In this document: positions 24,615-38,621 of the stretch, one piece after another
Position numbering within the stretch: position 1 is the first letter of the stretch
How the letters are laid out: each line of letters starts with the position of its first letter
From: Octopus bimaculoides
Taxonomy: Eukaryota
NCBI RefSeq assembly: GCF_001194135.2
Contig: NC_068981.1
Coordinates: 19,145,150-19,209,149 of the forward strand
DNA length: 64,000 nucleotides
Reading direction: 5' to 3'
Program-made: the position numbers and the translations under genes
The notes under the pieces: generated by a model
The model's database searches: none
What the model saw: only the letters and a program-made list of their open reading frames with translations
Told to the model about the DNA's origin: nothing

Positions 24615-24810
24615 AGGTGGCAAGCAGGCAGAATTGTTAGCATGCCAGGCAAAACACTTAACAGCATTTCGTCTGTCTTTATGTTCTGAGATCAAATTCC
24701 GCCGATGTTGACTTTGTCTTTCATCCTTTCGGGGTTGATGAAGTAAGTACCAGTTGAGCACTGGGGTTGATGTAATTGGCTTAACCCCTCCCCTGAATTG
24801 TGCCAAAAAG
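24615..24810 (+). mobile_element. tRNA-derived SINE family C
   Basis: Head ggtggcaagcaggcagaa, B-box-like gagatcaaattcc, central tttcatcctttcggggttgatgaagtaagtaccag; about ten copies seen in the window. Confidence 0.8.
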
Positions 24811-25375
24811 TGCAACCAATCTGAGTGGCAGCTAAAAGAGTATCATGAAGCTATGATCACTGATGTTTCATGTTGTGGTTCGTTATATAACCCTAATTCA
24901 ACCCTGTTTGAGCAGATCTAAAATCTAAGACAGTTCTTTTATGACCTTCCTGTCATTTAAGGGTAAGCATTGAATAGTCTAAAGGATTTTTTTTTGCCTT
25001 TTCAAAACAGCATTTTGCACTTCTCTAAAACAGCTCAGTGATTTGAGGAGCACCTGGTTGCTCTTTCTAGCAGATTGAGTGACCGACCCCTCAGTGGTTT
25101 CGTTATTGGCTCAAGACATTCCATGTTCTTGAATTATGTTACCATTTACTATTATTTTTGCTCAATGAAGTAGATTATTATTATTTTCTTTTTGTTTTTG
25201 AATTCCAACTCAGTTTTGTCAGTGTCTGGGGAATTTGCAGGGGAACCAATTTATGAGCTAATTAAGTTCACAATTTATATAGAAATTCAAATCTTGTATG
25301 TAATAAACTAGTCTTCTCATTTCTATCTCTGCTGTTTTTCTCACTTCACTCTGTCTCTCTTTTGTCTGTCTTCTA

Positions 25376-25427
<52 letters not shown>

Positions 25428-26029
25428 TCTCTTTCCTTCTCCTTTTCCCACACACATACACATGCTCACTCTCTCTTTCATTCTCCTCTTCATCCATCTC
25501 TCCCCATGATTCAAGTTACACATCCAACTGTTTGAATTCAAATTCTTCTCCCTTCAGCACACGCTGCCCTTTACAAATACACAATAAATCTCTGCCAATT
25601 TTACTTTCAATTATGCCAAACCCGGGAGCCGCAAACTTTGGTCAACTACCAGAATATTAGTCATATCTGCAGGACTCAACAGATGTGTGAATAAATGCTC
25701 AACTCCATTTAACTAAAATTTCACTCTTGTCTTAAGTTAGTTTTTTCCAGATCTAATTTTTGGATTTCTAGATGAAGAGCAGTGACTGAAAAGACTGAAC
25801 ATTGTCAGATGACATTAAGTTAGATCTTGAGTTCCAATCCCAACAGAATCAACTTCATCTTTCATCCTGCCAGTGATGATATTGTCTTTACATGTCCAAG
25901 TGTACCTGAACATGTTAAATATGATTGTACATACCTACATTTCATTCAGCACTGCTTAGGGTACCTCTAATTAATTCCATCTTGACAAAACTTTTTACAA
26001 TTTAGCAAATGTATCTCTTTTTTTGTTTC

Positions 26030-26354
26030 TTTTTCTTGTTTCAGTCATTTGACTGTAGCCATGCTGGAGCACCGCTTTTAGTCGAGCAATTCGACCCCAG
26101 GACTTATTCTTTATAAGCCTAGTACTTATTCTATTGGTCTCTTTTGCCGAACCGCTAAGTTGCAGGGACGTAAACACACCAGCATTGGGTGTCAAGCGAT
26201 GTTGTGGGGGACAAACATAGACACACAAGCACACACACATATACATATATACATATACATATATACGACAGGCTTCCTTCAGTTTCCATCTACCAAATCC
26301 ACTCACAAGGCTTTGGTCGGCCTGAGGCTATAGTAGAAGACACTTTCCCAAGGC
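26030..26354 (-). mobile_element. SINE family A, head missing
   Basis: Reverse complement of the 29690-30030 region, including the central microsatellite. Confidence 0.85.
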
Positions 26355-26359
26355 AAAGT

Positions 26360-27505
26360 TCTGTAATGCCTTTCAACTGTGTTACATTACAGGGTTTTTT
26401 TTCTCCTCAACCTTCCTTTTCAAAACACTCCAAAGTTGTTCTAGTGGGTTTAAATCAGGTGACATGGTAGGCCAGGGCAATACCTTTACCTTTTTATCTG
26501 ATAAAAACTTAGTCATCATCTTTGAAGTGTGTTTAGGGTCATTATCATATTGGACCATGGAATGCCTTCCTAGTTCCTTGATGCTTTTCAACATTGTTTT
26601 CTGAATTATGACACAATAAAGCCTTGAATCCATCGTTCTCTCAATAAATGTGAGTCCTCCCTCACCAGCTGCACTCATGCATCCCCAAAACCTAACACTT
26701 CCACTGCCGTGTTTCATGGTAGGCATGGTGCATTTGTCGCTATTATCTTCACCTGGTCATCACCATACTCACATAATACCATATGACCCCAAACAAGTTG
26801 ATTTTAGTCTTGTCAGAAAAAAAGAATTTTATTCCAAAACTCCTTCCCCTTGCTCACATAGGATTCAGTAAAAAGAAAGACAACTTGGTTTATGTCTGGT
26901 AGTGAGGGAATGCATTCGTGAAGACCAACCACACTGATTCAAACTTCAGCAAACTGTTTGGATGGATACACTCTTTCCACTAACAGAAGACACTTCTTAG
27001 GCCAAAGATGAAGCAGCACAATGCCTGTCGTACATCACACAACGTTCGATGTGGCAAATATCACGCGCAGTTAAAATAGAAGGATGACCCGGACAATGTT
27101 TATTGGTTAGCGGTCCAGTAGCTTTGTACTTCTGAATTACTTTGCCAACTGTGATTAGGCTAATATGTATTCATTTGCTAATTAACTTGTATCCTAAACC
27201 ATTCTTGTGCAAATTAAAAATAATTTTCTTCAAATCTTTAGACAATTCTTTTCCTTTTGGTGCCATTTTAATCACAATGAAGATTTTCACCACAGTACAC
27301 AAATCAGAATTCCTGCAGATGCAGTAACAATGACAGGTACAAAATTGCCAGGAGAAATAATTTATTAGAATTGAAATTATCAGCAACATCTGAATTTAGT
27401 TAAAAAGATGATCATAACATTGAATATAACAAATTTCCTTTATGGTGTACATATATTTGTGTCGTTTGAAAATTAATATTTCATTCATACCTTTGAAAAT
27501 GTTTA
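26360..27505 (-). mobile_element. Degraded Tc1 (DD34E) transposon
   Basis: MAPKGKELSKDLKKIIFNLHKNGLGYKLISK (HTH); PTMKHGSGSVRFWGC, QYDNDPKHTS, WPTMSPDLNPLEQLW (catalytic domain). Confidence 0.9.
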
Positions 27506-27741
27506 TTNNNNNNNNNNNNNNNNNNNNNNNNNNNNNNNNNNNNNNNNNNNNNNNNNNNNNNNNNNNNNNNNNNNNNNNNNNNNNNNNNNNNNNNNNNNNN
27601 NNNNNNNNNNNNNNNNNNNNNNNNNNNNNNNNNNNNNNNNNNNNNNNNNNNNNNNNNNNNNNNNNNNNNNNNNNNNNNNNNNNNNNNNNNNNNNNNNNNN
27701 NNNNNNNNNNNNNNNNTATAAATATATATATGTGTGTGTGT

Positions 27742-28080
27742 ATATCATCATCATCATTTAATGTCCACTTTCCATGCTAGCATGGGTTGGACGATTTGAC
27801 TGAGGACTGGTGAAACCAGATGGCAACACCAGGCTCCAATCTAATTTGGCAGAGTTTCTACAGCTGGATGCCCTTCCTAACGCCAACCACTCAGGGAGTG
27901 TAGTGGGTGCTTTTACGTGTCACCCGCACAAAGGCCAGTCAGGCGGTACTGGCAATGGCCACGCTCGAAATGGTGTCTTTTGTGTGCCACCCGCACAAGA
28001 GCCAGTCCAGGGTCACTGGCAACGATCTCGCTCGAAAACCCTACGAAGGCCAGTCAGGCGGTACTGGCAACGGTCGTGTG
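27742..28080 (-). mobile_element. RTE 3' UTR/tail-only copy with duplicated module
   Basis: (atc)n then tttaatgtccactttccatgctagcatgggttggacgatttgactgagg; ggccagtcaggcggtactggcaa occurs twice. Confidence 0.85.
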
Positions 28081-28117
28081 TGTATATACATACATACATA
28101 TCCACATACATATGTGT

Positions 28118-28457
28118 GTGAAGGCACATAGCTCAGTGGTTAGAGCATCAAGCCTATGATCATGAGGTTGTGAGTTTGATTCCCAGACTGGGCTGCATGT
28201 CATGTTCTTGAGCAAGACACTTTACTTCACGTTACTCCAGTTTACTCAGCTGTAGAAATGAGTTGCAATGTCATTGGTGCCAAGCTGTAATCGGCCTTTG
28301 CCTTTCCCTTGGATAACATTGGTGGTGTGGGCAGGGGAGTCTGTTATGCATGGACAACTGCTGGCCTTCCACAAAGAACCTTGCCCAGACTTGTGCCTCG
28401 GAGGGTAACTTTCTAGGTGCAACCCTATGGTCATTCATGACCGAAGGGATCCCTGCC
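28118..28457 (+). mobile_element. tRNA-derived SINE, head/core B with tail 1
   Basis: A-box tagctcagtgg, B-box gagtttgattcc, CORE-like ttcttgagcaagacactttacttcac; same family as 2059-2395. Confidence 0.85.
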
Positions 28458-28488
28458 TTTTCATATATATATATATATATATATACAT

Positions 28489-28564
<76 letters not shown>

Positions 28565-28574
28565 CACTCGAGAG

Positions 28575-28930
28575 TGTAGTTGGCGCTTTTTATGTGCCAC
28601 CGGCATGGAAGCCAGTCAGGGAGCACTTGCATTGGCCACGTTCAGATAGTGCTTTTTACACGCTACCGGCATAAGAGCTAGTTGGGCTGACATCGATCAT
28701 GTTCGGATGGTGCTTATTGTGTGCCACCAGCATGGGAGCCAGTCAGGTGGCACTGGTATCGGCCACAACTACAATTTCCATTTGATTGTGATTTGATTTT
28801 GATTTGACTTGACTCAATATGTCTCTTGATTCAAAGGTGCTTGTTAAATGGGCTGGTTATGTGATACTGGTATAGGCTATGGCTGTGATCTCACTTTACT
28901 TGCTGGGTCTTCTCGATCACAGCATATCTC
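28575..28930 (-). mobile_element. RTE 3' UTR fragment
   Basis: Reverse-complement match to 21300-21560. Confidence 0.65.
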
Positions 28931-29623
28931 CAGAGGTGTGTGTGTGTGTGTGTGTATGTGTGTGTTTCCTTATGTTTATAGTTACACCATTTAACAACCA
29001 GTAATGTTTGTTTATGTACAGTTACCTAGTGATTCAACAGATAGAGATAAATAAATACCAGACATAAAAGTAAATACTTGGGGTGGGGGAGGGTGATATG
29101 ATCCGCTAAACTCTTGAAGGTATTGCTCCAGCATGACCACAATTCAGTGAATGAAACCAGTAAAAAAAATCAAAGAGTCAAATAAATAATAATATTTTTC
29201 TCAGGAAGTCAATGTTTTCAAGAAAAACACTGATTCTTTTACTTTTTGTTTATTGATTTTTTTTTTCTTATTTATATCGATTTCTTACAGAGAAAAATAT
29301 TTCCAGTTGAATCAACATCAACATCATCATCATCATCATCATCGTCATCATCATCATCATCATAATCATTCAATATCTGTGCCCCATGCTGGCATGGGTT
29401 GGACAGTTTGATATGATTCAATGAGCTTCTGTCTGCATTGTGCTCCAGTGTCTACTCTAACATGGTTTCTACACCTAAAAGCCCCATTTAATGCTAACCA
29501 CCGAATGAGGCATTTGAATGCTTTTTTCATCCCATCAGCACTGGTGAGACTTCCCTGCAGTTTGCAAGACAATAAACCCCAAGTGGACAGTTTTATTTTA
29601 GGAATTAGAGAACAAGATTATGA

Positions 29624-30033
29624 GAGGTGGCTGTGTGGTAAGTAGCTTGATTACGAACCACATGGTTCCGGGTTCAGTCCCACTGCGTGGCACCTTGGGA
29701 AAGTGTCTTCCACTATACCCTCGGGTTGACCAAAGCCTTGTGAGTGGATTTGGTAGACGGAAACTGAAAGAAGCCCGTCGTATATATATGTATATATATA
29801 TATATATATGTATATGTGTTTGTGTGTCTGTGTTTGTCCCCCTACCACCGCTTGACAACCGATGCTGGTGTGTTTACGTCTCCGTAACTTAGCGGTTCTG
29901 CAAAAAGAGACCGATAGAATAAGTACTAGGCTGCCAAAGAATAAGTCCTGGGGTCGATTTGCTCGACTAAAGGCGGTGCTCCAGCATGACCACAGTCAAA
30001 TGACTGAAACAAGTAAATGAGTAAAAGAGAATA
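29624..30033 (+). mobile_element. Full-length tRNA-derived SINE family A with internal (TA/TG)n
   Basis: A-box 29628-39, B-box 29671-81, body, microsatellite 29781-29830, 3' half and (gtaaaaga)-type tail. Confidence 0.9.
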
Positions 30034-30211
30034 AACCAGAGCAAAACAGGTTTTTCTGTAAATAATTTACATGAATATTAGTGGCATTTATGGAACCTGC
30101 TCAAAGATCATGAGTTCCAATCTACGACTTACATTCTGTTGTTCTTCTGAACAGAGCATGGTATTCTAAATTACCTCAGTGGTTCCCCTTGGTGTCAGGA
30201 ATGATTACCAG

Positions 30212-30277
30212 ATCAATCTGAGAATTCTCAACCTCAAACCATCAATCTGAGAATTCTCAACCTCAAACCATCAATCT
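30212..30277. repeat. Perfect 29-bp tandem duplication
   Basis: atcaatctgagaattctcaacctcaaacc x2 plus partial third copy. Confidence 0.95.
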
Positions 30278-30614
30278 AATAACTGATTTGTGTCATTAGA
30301 TCCAAGATAGTATGTGTTAGTTGTGTATATGTAACACATGTAACACATTTTATTTTAAACACTTTACACACACACACACACACATACACACACACAGTAT
30401 ACACAATTAGATGGGTACCTTTATCAATCATTGAAGGAGTCAGTCTCACAAGATACTCGGAGTAATATGTATATCCCTAAGAGCATTAGATACTAAATTA
30501 ATTTTCATATGTGTATATTTGACTGAGACAGAATTATTGTTGCAAGGAGAGAAATGTGTTCATTTTACTGTGTAAGGTGTGATCAAGTTGGACAGACATT
30601 AATAACTATTTGAT

Positions 30615-30960
30615 CTCAAACAATCAATATTTGTTTGTGCTTATGACAGCCCATCAGAGATGATGACAGTGTCAATCCAAAACATTCATCCTGTGCCTCT
30701 AGCACATTCTTTGTCAAGGGAGCGGATGTGGCTGACAACACCGATACAAGAAAAGCAGACCCTGTGGCACTGAGGGCACTGAAAGTGACCCCAAGCAACA
30801 CCCACAGGTGGTTGATGATGACATTTCCTCCTCTCTTCATGCAGCCTCCTGCATTCGATTTCATAGCACTTCACTCTAACATCACACACAGACATCTATG
30901 CCTTCTGATTAACAGCCAGACGCTCCAACTGACTGATTTATTAACATGATTATTAGATGC
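30615..30960 (-). mobile_element. 3' end of RTE (BovB-like) LINE with C-terminal zinc finger
   Basis: LERLAVNQKA*...YEIECRRLHEERRK...FQCPQCHRVCFSCIGVVSHIRS. Confidence 0.75.
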
Positions 30961-31174
30961 CATTAGCACTCACCATTTGATGTCTTATATAGTGTCTACT
31001 TGAAACCAGTATTCAAAGTTATACACAGCAAATTTGCTCTCATATACAGCAACTGCTTGAAATTACATTGTCACTGTTCAGGGCTATATACAGGGACTTT
31101 CCCCCTTATATATAGTAACTGCTTCAAATTACATTCAATGCCATATTCAGTGTATTTTCTTTCTCTTATATAGT

Positions 31175-31348
31175 GGGAGAGGCAGTGTGGTCAACAGCTT
31201 GCTTACCAGCCACATGGTTCTGGGTTCAGTTCCACTGCATGGCACCTTGGGCAAGTGTTTTCTATTGAAGCTTCAGGCCGACCAAAGCCTTGTGAGTGGA
31301 TTTGGTAGATGGAAACTGAAAGAAGCCCATCGTATCTATTTATATATA

Positions 31349-31383
<35 letters not shown>

Positions 31384-32075
31384 ATTCCCCCAACATCACT
31401 TGACAATCGACGCTGGTGTGTTTACATCCCAGTAACTTAACAGTTCGGCAAAAGAGACCAATAAAATAAGTACTAGGCTTACAAAGAATAAGTCCTGGGT
31501 TCGATTTGCTTGACTAAAGGCGGTGCTCCAACATGGACACAGTCAAATGACTAAAACAAGTAAAAGAATAAAAGAATAAAAGAATAGCTCTACTTGAAAT
31601 CCCTTTAAGCCTGTATCCAGTGTCATATACACTGACTTCTAATTTTATACACAATAACTTTGTGGCTGTGTGGTTGGAAATTTGCTTCCCAACCACATGG
31701 TTCCAGGTTTAGTCCCCACTGTATGGGGCCTTGAGCAAGTGCCTTCTACTAAAGCCTCAGACCAACCAAAGCTTTGTGAGTGGATTTGGTTAAAGGAAAC
31801 TGAAAGAAGCCCATAGTATATATGTGTGTGCGTATGCGTCCATGTGTGTGTATGTTTATCTTTGTGTCTGTGTTTGACTCCCTACAAACACCGCCACTTG
31901 ACAACCAGTGTTGGTGTGTTTATGTGCCTGTAACCTAGCAGTTCAACCAAAGAGACTGATTGAATAAATATCAAGCTTTAAAAAAAAAATAGCACTGGGG
32001 TTGACTTATTTAAGAATTCAAAGCAGCGCCCCAGTATGGCCACAGTCTAATGACTGAAACAAGTAAAAGATTAAA
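31175..32075 (+). mobile_element. Two consecutive SINE family A copies (31175-31585 and older 31660-32075)
   Basis: Both have head, body, microsatellite and 3' half homologous to 29624-30033. Confidence 0.85.
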
Positions 32076-32329
32076 GTCATATTCAGTCAATAATCAATAT
32101 TGTTTTAATGCTTTATGCAATTCTTATTCACAAGCATAGCTAGAGGAGAATAGAGGGTGCAGTCCTCCCAGAACAATACTTTTATGGGGGCAGCACCACT
32201 TTTGGGTCTGCTGTGGGCAATAATTATTTTTTGTGGAGATCCAGGTGGCAATTGAAGGGCTGCCCCAGATGGCACACACTCTAGCAATGCTAGTTTTCTT
32301 ATTTAAAGTTTTTATTTAGTGAATAATAA

Positions 32330-32720
32330 TCCTTCCTACTATAGACACAAGGCCTGAAATTTGGGGGAGGAGGATAGTGGATTACATCGACTCCAGTGTT
32401 TCACTGGTACTTTCACTGGTACCTCAGCGGAATTTGAATTCAGAATGTAGTAACAAACGAAATACCACTAAGCATTTCGCCCAGCATACTAATGATTCTT
32501 TCCTATTCTAGGCACAAGGCCCGAAATTTTGGGGGAGGGTGCCAGTCGATTAGATCGACCTCAGTATGCAACTGGTACTTAACTTATCAACTCCGAAAGG
32601 ATGAAAGGCAAAGTCGACCTCGGCGGAATGTGAACTTAGACTGTAAAGACAGACGAAATACTGCTAAGCATTTTGCTAATGATTCTGCCAGCTCGTGCTA
32701 ACGATTCTGTCAGTTAATTT
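32330..32720 (-). mobile_element. Two tandem SINE family C copies
   Basis: ctattctaggcacaaggcccgaaattttggggg...ccgaaaggatgaaaggcaaagtcgacctcggcggaat (32505-32720) and a partial copy (32330-32500). Confidence 0.8.
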
Positions 32721-33893
32721 AGTAACTAATAATGCCTTATACAGTCAGTGTTCTGTGTTTTATAAGATGAAAGTTTAAGGAATAGTTACAGGTGTTGCTA
32801 ACAAAGAGTTTCTCTCACCTTGCAGAACTATACCAATCTTAACATGTAAAACTATATAATGCAGTGGTTCTCAACTAGGGTCTACACAACTCTTAGGGGG
32901 CAGGCATATGAGATCTTATTGTTGTGCAATAACTTGGTTACACTTCTACAATACACAAAATATTTTTAACTATTTTTTATACAATCCCTAATATTATCTC
33001 ATTAGAAAAATACAACAGGATTTTTTTTTTAAATATCAAATGGCCATGGGGTTCCGGTTGAGTAAAATGAAAGCCAAAGAGATTCATAGAAAGAAAAATG
33101 ATTGAGTGCTTTGATATAAAGCATATGAAAAAGTGAGATAAGAACATAGTTTTTGTTGTTGTTGGAAAGTAATTAGGAGAGCACGATATGTTGGATGTGA
33201 AATAATAACCTTCATTAAATGTAAAACACTAATGAGCTGAGAGAATGACAGAGTATTAAAGACATCAGGTGACAGATGCTGGAGATATATTACTATGATT
33301 GTATGTGATGGTATCTCGCTCAGGTGTGACAATGACCTTTCAGTAGTTCAATCAAATGGGATATTGTCTCTTGTAATTAATATGTAAGTGGCTGAGTATT
33401 CCACAGACAGTGTACTCCTAAAGTAATTCCCAAGCTGAATCATCATTGTCATAATTTAACCTTCGTTATCCATGCTAGCTTTGGTTGGACAATTTGACAA
33501 GAACTGGCAAGCCAGAAGTTTGCACCAAACTCCAATGTCTGCTTTGGGTATGGTTTCTATGGCTGGATGCTCTTCCTAATGCCAACCACTTTACAGAGTG
33601 TACTGGGTACTTTTTAAGTGGCACCAGCAGCCACAAAGGTGTACATATATTGTAATCAAACACAGTGAGTGCTGTATGAATCAGCGGCTTTGTGTATTGA
33701 CATAGAAAAGTTAGTAGTTCGCAATAGAGAGGACAAACCAATAAGGTGTGTTTAGAAGTGATGCAGTTACCCAAGATACCCTAAGCCTCATATATGAGAT
33801 GGCACTGTGAGACATGCCGTAGTGCAGAACCGATCTGCATGGAAGAAAAAATAGTTGATGATGATGATGATGATGATGATCCTCCACCTCCTC

Positions 33894-33928
<35 letters not shown>

Positions 33929-34259
33929 CATGTTGATTAATGGTAATTTTGGTATTGTTTGTGTTATTGGTATGCTGGTTGTTATTGTTGTTGGCAGTGG
34001 TGGTTGTGATGAGGAAGAGGAAGAGGAAGGGCAATGGTGGTTGTAGTGGTGATGACAATGATGACACTGGTTGTAGTGATGACGATGATGATTTCTACAA
34101 CAATAACGATGAAAATGTAGGTCACTATTTCACGTCTTGTACAGTTTTTAATATGTTGTATAGACACAGTGACTATTTCATGATTTTTAAAAATATTTAT
34201 TTATATATATGTTATATGCACACACACACATACACACACACACACACACACATACCATG

Positions 34260-34305
<46 letters not shown>

Positions 34306-35266
34306 TGACTATTAGATACCTTCCTTACACAGTAATATTTCTGTTGCCTCAAGCAGTTTACTAATTAAATATATCAGGCTTTCTGTACGAAGAACTGAAA
34401 AGCAACTTCGATCAATGTAAATCTAAGTCAGCAGTTCTCAGATATTTAGCTATCATATTTTTACTTTACTTTTTCCAGATTCGATTTTGTTTGGGCAAGA
34501 ACCATTGACAAGTGAATCAATAAACACTGCGGGGATGTTTTTCAGGATTACACGAGATTATATTCAGGATTAGAGAGCAACCATATGGTGCCAATATTAC
34601 GACACTTTCAATTCAAAAAGACTTATCTTTGATAACTCACACTCGAATAAATCAGAAATATATTACTGCAAAACCGAATAACAGACAGAGTTGGGGACAT
34701 GAGATGCTGGCTTGGCTGTGAGATATGTAGACATACAACAGAGTTTTGGGTGCAACAGGAAGTAAGAGGAAGCAGAAAGGAGACAGGACTGGGAGAAAAA
34801 ATGTATATATTATAGTATATATACAGGAAAATAAAAGATTGGAGAAAAGTGAATGAAATAAAACAAGAAAACCATTGTGAAAATAATCAAATTTTTTTTT
34901 TCTTTTGTAATTGTATTACTATTCTGTAAGATAGACTTGTTTGTTACTGTGAGCAGTGTAAAATGAGATACGTGGAGGTAAAGCCATTGAATGGGAGGAA
35001 CATATCCTGTGCCAATAGCTCTTTGTGTGTGTGTATGTGTGTGCAAGTCTTTGTGTTTCAGTTTTTAGATATGTGGTTGTGTACCTGTGTATGCGCATGA
35101 GTCTGTGTCGTTTTAGGTTCTTGCATATGTGTTTGTGTATTCTGAGTATGTGTACGAAGTGGGTATGCATTATGTGTACACGTTGGTTGAATAACATGTA
35201 AACAAACAGGATTTTTGTATATACACAGACATACACATACATACGTACAAACATACAAGTATGTAT

Positions 35267-35305
<39 letters not shown>

Positions 35306-35569
35306 CACGAACAAATGCTTCAGTATTGGCTTATACAAATGTGTGCATGTGCTCAGTTTTGCTAATATCTATTGATTTATATACACAAATATATTCATAT
35401 ATATGTATATATTTATAGATGTTTACACATTTGCATCAATGTGTATGTTTGAGATTTACGAGTATATATTGATTACTATACATATCATATATTTATATCA
35501 ACATATATATTTACATTTATGCGTGTATATAATTTTTCCTGTTATTGTAACTTTGTGCGCTCTTGTGTG

Positions 35570-35572
35570 TGC

Positions 35573-35660
<88 letters not shown>

Positions 35661-35746
35661 TTTACAAATATATAATGATTAATACATACAGATATATTAA
35701 TATGCATATATATTATTTTCATAAAAGTAAATAAATAAGTCTGTTT

Positions 35747-35802
<56 letters not shown>

Positions 35803-35979
35803 TTTGTGTGTGGTGGGGCATGCATATATAATCATATATGAAAACAGATATACAGAAACTGAAAGAATATGTTCAAATATATAATGAAACATAAAGGAAA
35901 ATGGTATGTAAATGTATGTAAATGAATAAAAAAAAGTTCACACAGAAAAGTACATAAACACACATGCACAAACACACAG

Positions 35980-36021
<42 letters not shown>

Positions 36022-36025
36022 ACAC
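35570..36025. repeat. Cluster of long (GT)n/(CA)n microsatellites
   Basis: Direct reading. Confidence 0.9.
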
Positions 36026-36260
36026 TTACATATAAACATACACTCGTTTATTCTCAAATACAGAAAGGAGATCAAGCACACACACACACAATCAGGGATA
36101 GGTACACAATCACTCTAAAACTTATATATATAAAACATACATATAATTAGTCATTTGTACAAAGCATACACATTAAATAACAGACATAGAAACCCATTAT
36201 AGCATGTGTGTGAGCGTGTATGACTGTGTATGTGTGTGTGAGAGGGTGTGTGAGGGTGTA

Positions 36261-36327
<67 letters not shown>

Positions 36328-36796
36328 GCTGATGATAATATATTTGAAGGTGTGTATGTGTGTATGTGTGTGCATATATATATATATAGAGTATACCCAC
36401 GTGCACATACATATATACACAGTTTCATATATATAATAAGTCATTTATAGAAAACATATGCATCACATAAATACACATTAAATGGCATATACATATGTAT
36501 GTGCGTGTGTGTGTACGTTCACTCATGTGTATTACATGCACATGATGGCACACATATACACTCATATTGTGAGTGCTAGAACCAAGTGCATAGAAACAGA
36601 CACATACATAACTATAACAAACACACGTGCATATTCAGGCATACAGTTTCACACGTAGGACATATACATATAATTATACAGTTGCAAATAGATACGCATA
36701 TACATATAAGCTTACAGTCACAAACAGATCCGTGTGTGTGTATGTGTGTGTGTGTGTGTGTGCGTGTGTGTGTGTGTAACTGAACAGCAACAAGCA

Positions 36797-36844
<48 letters not shown>

Positions 36845-37001
36845 CACTTTCATGCACCCGCACACATGTACACAGATTGAAAAACAATCAGACATATATA
36901 CACTATTGATTTTTAAATTTTAGTATTTACTGAGAAATATATACTTGCATTGTACATATAACCTGACACATATGTATACATACATGTGAATGTAAATATA
37001 A

Positions 37002-37034
<33 letters not shown>

Positions 37035-37299
37035 TGTATGTATGTATGCATGTATTTGTATGTATCTATATGTATGCATGTATGTATGTACTAAACAGAC
37101 ATACATCCACACACACACACGTCTTTGTTTTTCACAAACAAGACAAAAAGCACTTAATACATATTGTAGACTATATTTATTGTACGCTACTGATTCTGGC
37201 TGTGTCACTTTAGGAGTTTCACGTGTCGTACGTTTTATTTCCTCTGGCAATGCTTAATGTGTTGAGAGAAAAATATACCAGATGGTATTAAATTCTATC

Positions 37300-38230
37300 A
37301 ATTCCATTGGTTATGTTCGATCATGTGGTGTATAGGTTAGTAGAAAAGTTCCTTTTCTAGCGATAATCACTCCCAATTTGTAAATCTTTCTTATGTCACG
37401 ATATTTAGGAAAGATTTCTTACGTTCTTTTTTGTTCTGTTATAAAGAATGCGTCTCACTATTTAATGTCGAAATTTGGGCTGGCAGCTATCCAATCTGCA
37501 ATTCAAAGGTATCCAATCTGGGATACGTTTAAATTGTGAAACATTGATATTTTCTGTTGCGTGAATATGTGGAGAATATCTTGTCTTTCCTGTTCGAAAT
37601 ATTAGTTAGTATAGTCAGTATTTTATACTTCTCAAATTATAAGTTTCGTCTGCTATAGCTTCTATTGTGTGGTTTCACTTCTTTGACGAATGTGCAATTT
37701 ACTGTGACATCGTTTGCTTCTCAGACCAAATGTGATAGTTTTCTCGAGTTAACCCTGTTCCTGAACTCACATTACTATGTTACGTTCAAATCTAGAAACA
37801 AAACTAATTCCACATCATTATCACAGTAGATATGGAATCTGAAAGACATAAGAGTAAATGACACCATAATAAAGTGAAATATTTTTGAAAACTGCAGCAG
37901 AGGTAATTTATTCAAAACCGAAAAGAATAAACAACTGACTTTACCGGCTAATGTACTCAGTAGGAGAGAGGAGATCATCTCTATATATTCGCACAGGAGA
38001 AAATTTTATGCTTTCGTCTGTTAAGCGTATTTCTATGTAGATACTCTCGAATCATTACCTCGAAAAGTCCCGACTGAAATTTCGACAATACATGTTGAGT
38101 CTTAGAAAAACAAAAAACATTCTTAGTAAATCGTTCCTGAAAAACGTAACCGGGATATCGTATCTAAATTACCATATGACCTTAGATGACGAGTGGAATA
38201 AATATGGTTGGTAATTATAACTGGCATTCT
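37300..38230 (-). mobile_element. Degraded PLE reverse transcriptase region
   Basis: RIYRDDLL (37974-85 core) followed by VLFLDLNVT, a PLE-type NFLD motif; many stops. Confidence 0.55.
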
Positions 38231-38234
38231 GCAG

Positions 38235-38535
38235 ATTACGACGACAAGTGTTCCAATTGATCCGATCAACGGAACATCCTTCTCATGAAATTAACGTGCA
38301 AGTGGCCGAGCACTTCGTAAACACGCGTACCCTTACCGTAGATACAGCGTGGCACAATGTGATAAGGCTGGCCTTTTGAAATACAGGTACAACTCATTTT
38401 TGCCAACTGAGTATACCGGAGCAACATAAAAATAAAGTGTCTTGTTCAAGAGCTCAGCACGCCATCAAGAATCCAATGACCTTACGATCCTGAACCGAAT
38501 ACCTTAACCACTCTACCACGCAACTCCACGCGCAT
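38235..38535 (-). mobile_element. SINE family D
   Basis: Homologous to 16010-16320. Confidence 0.8.
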
Positions 38536-38621
38536 CTTAATTCAAATAACTTCGCTTAAGGGGATTACAACACGTGAAACTCAGAGTTGACTTAAAACAC
38601 CTTATACACAATATTATAGAT

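Noticed and set aside
30212-30277. 29-bp direct repeat as a CRISPR array
   Set aside because: Units are adjacent with no spacers, and the context is eukaryotic.
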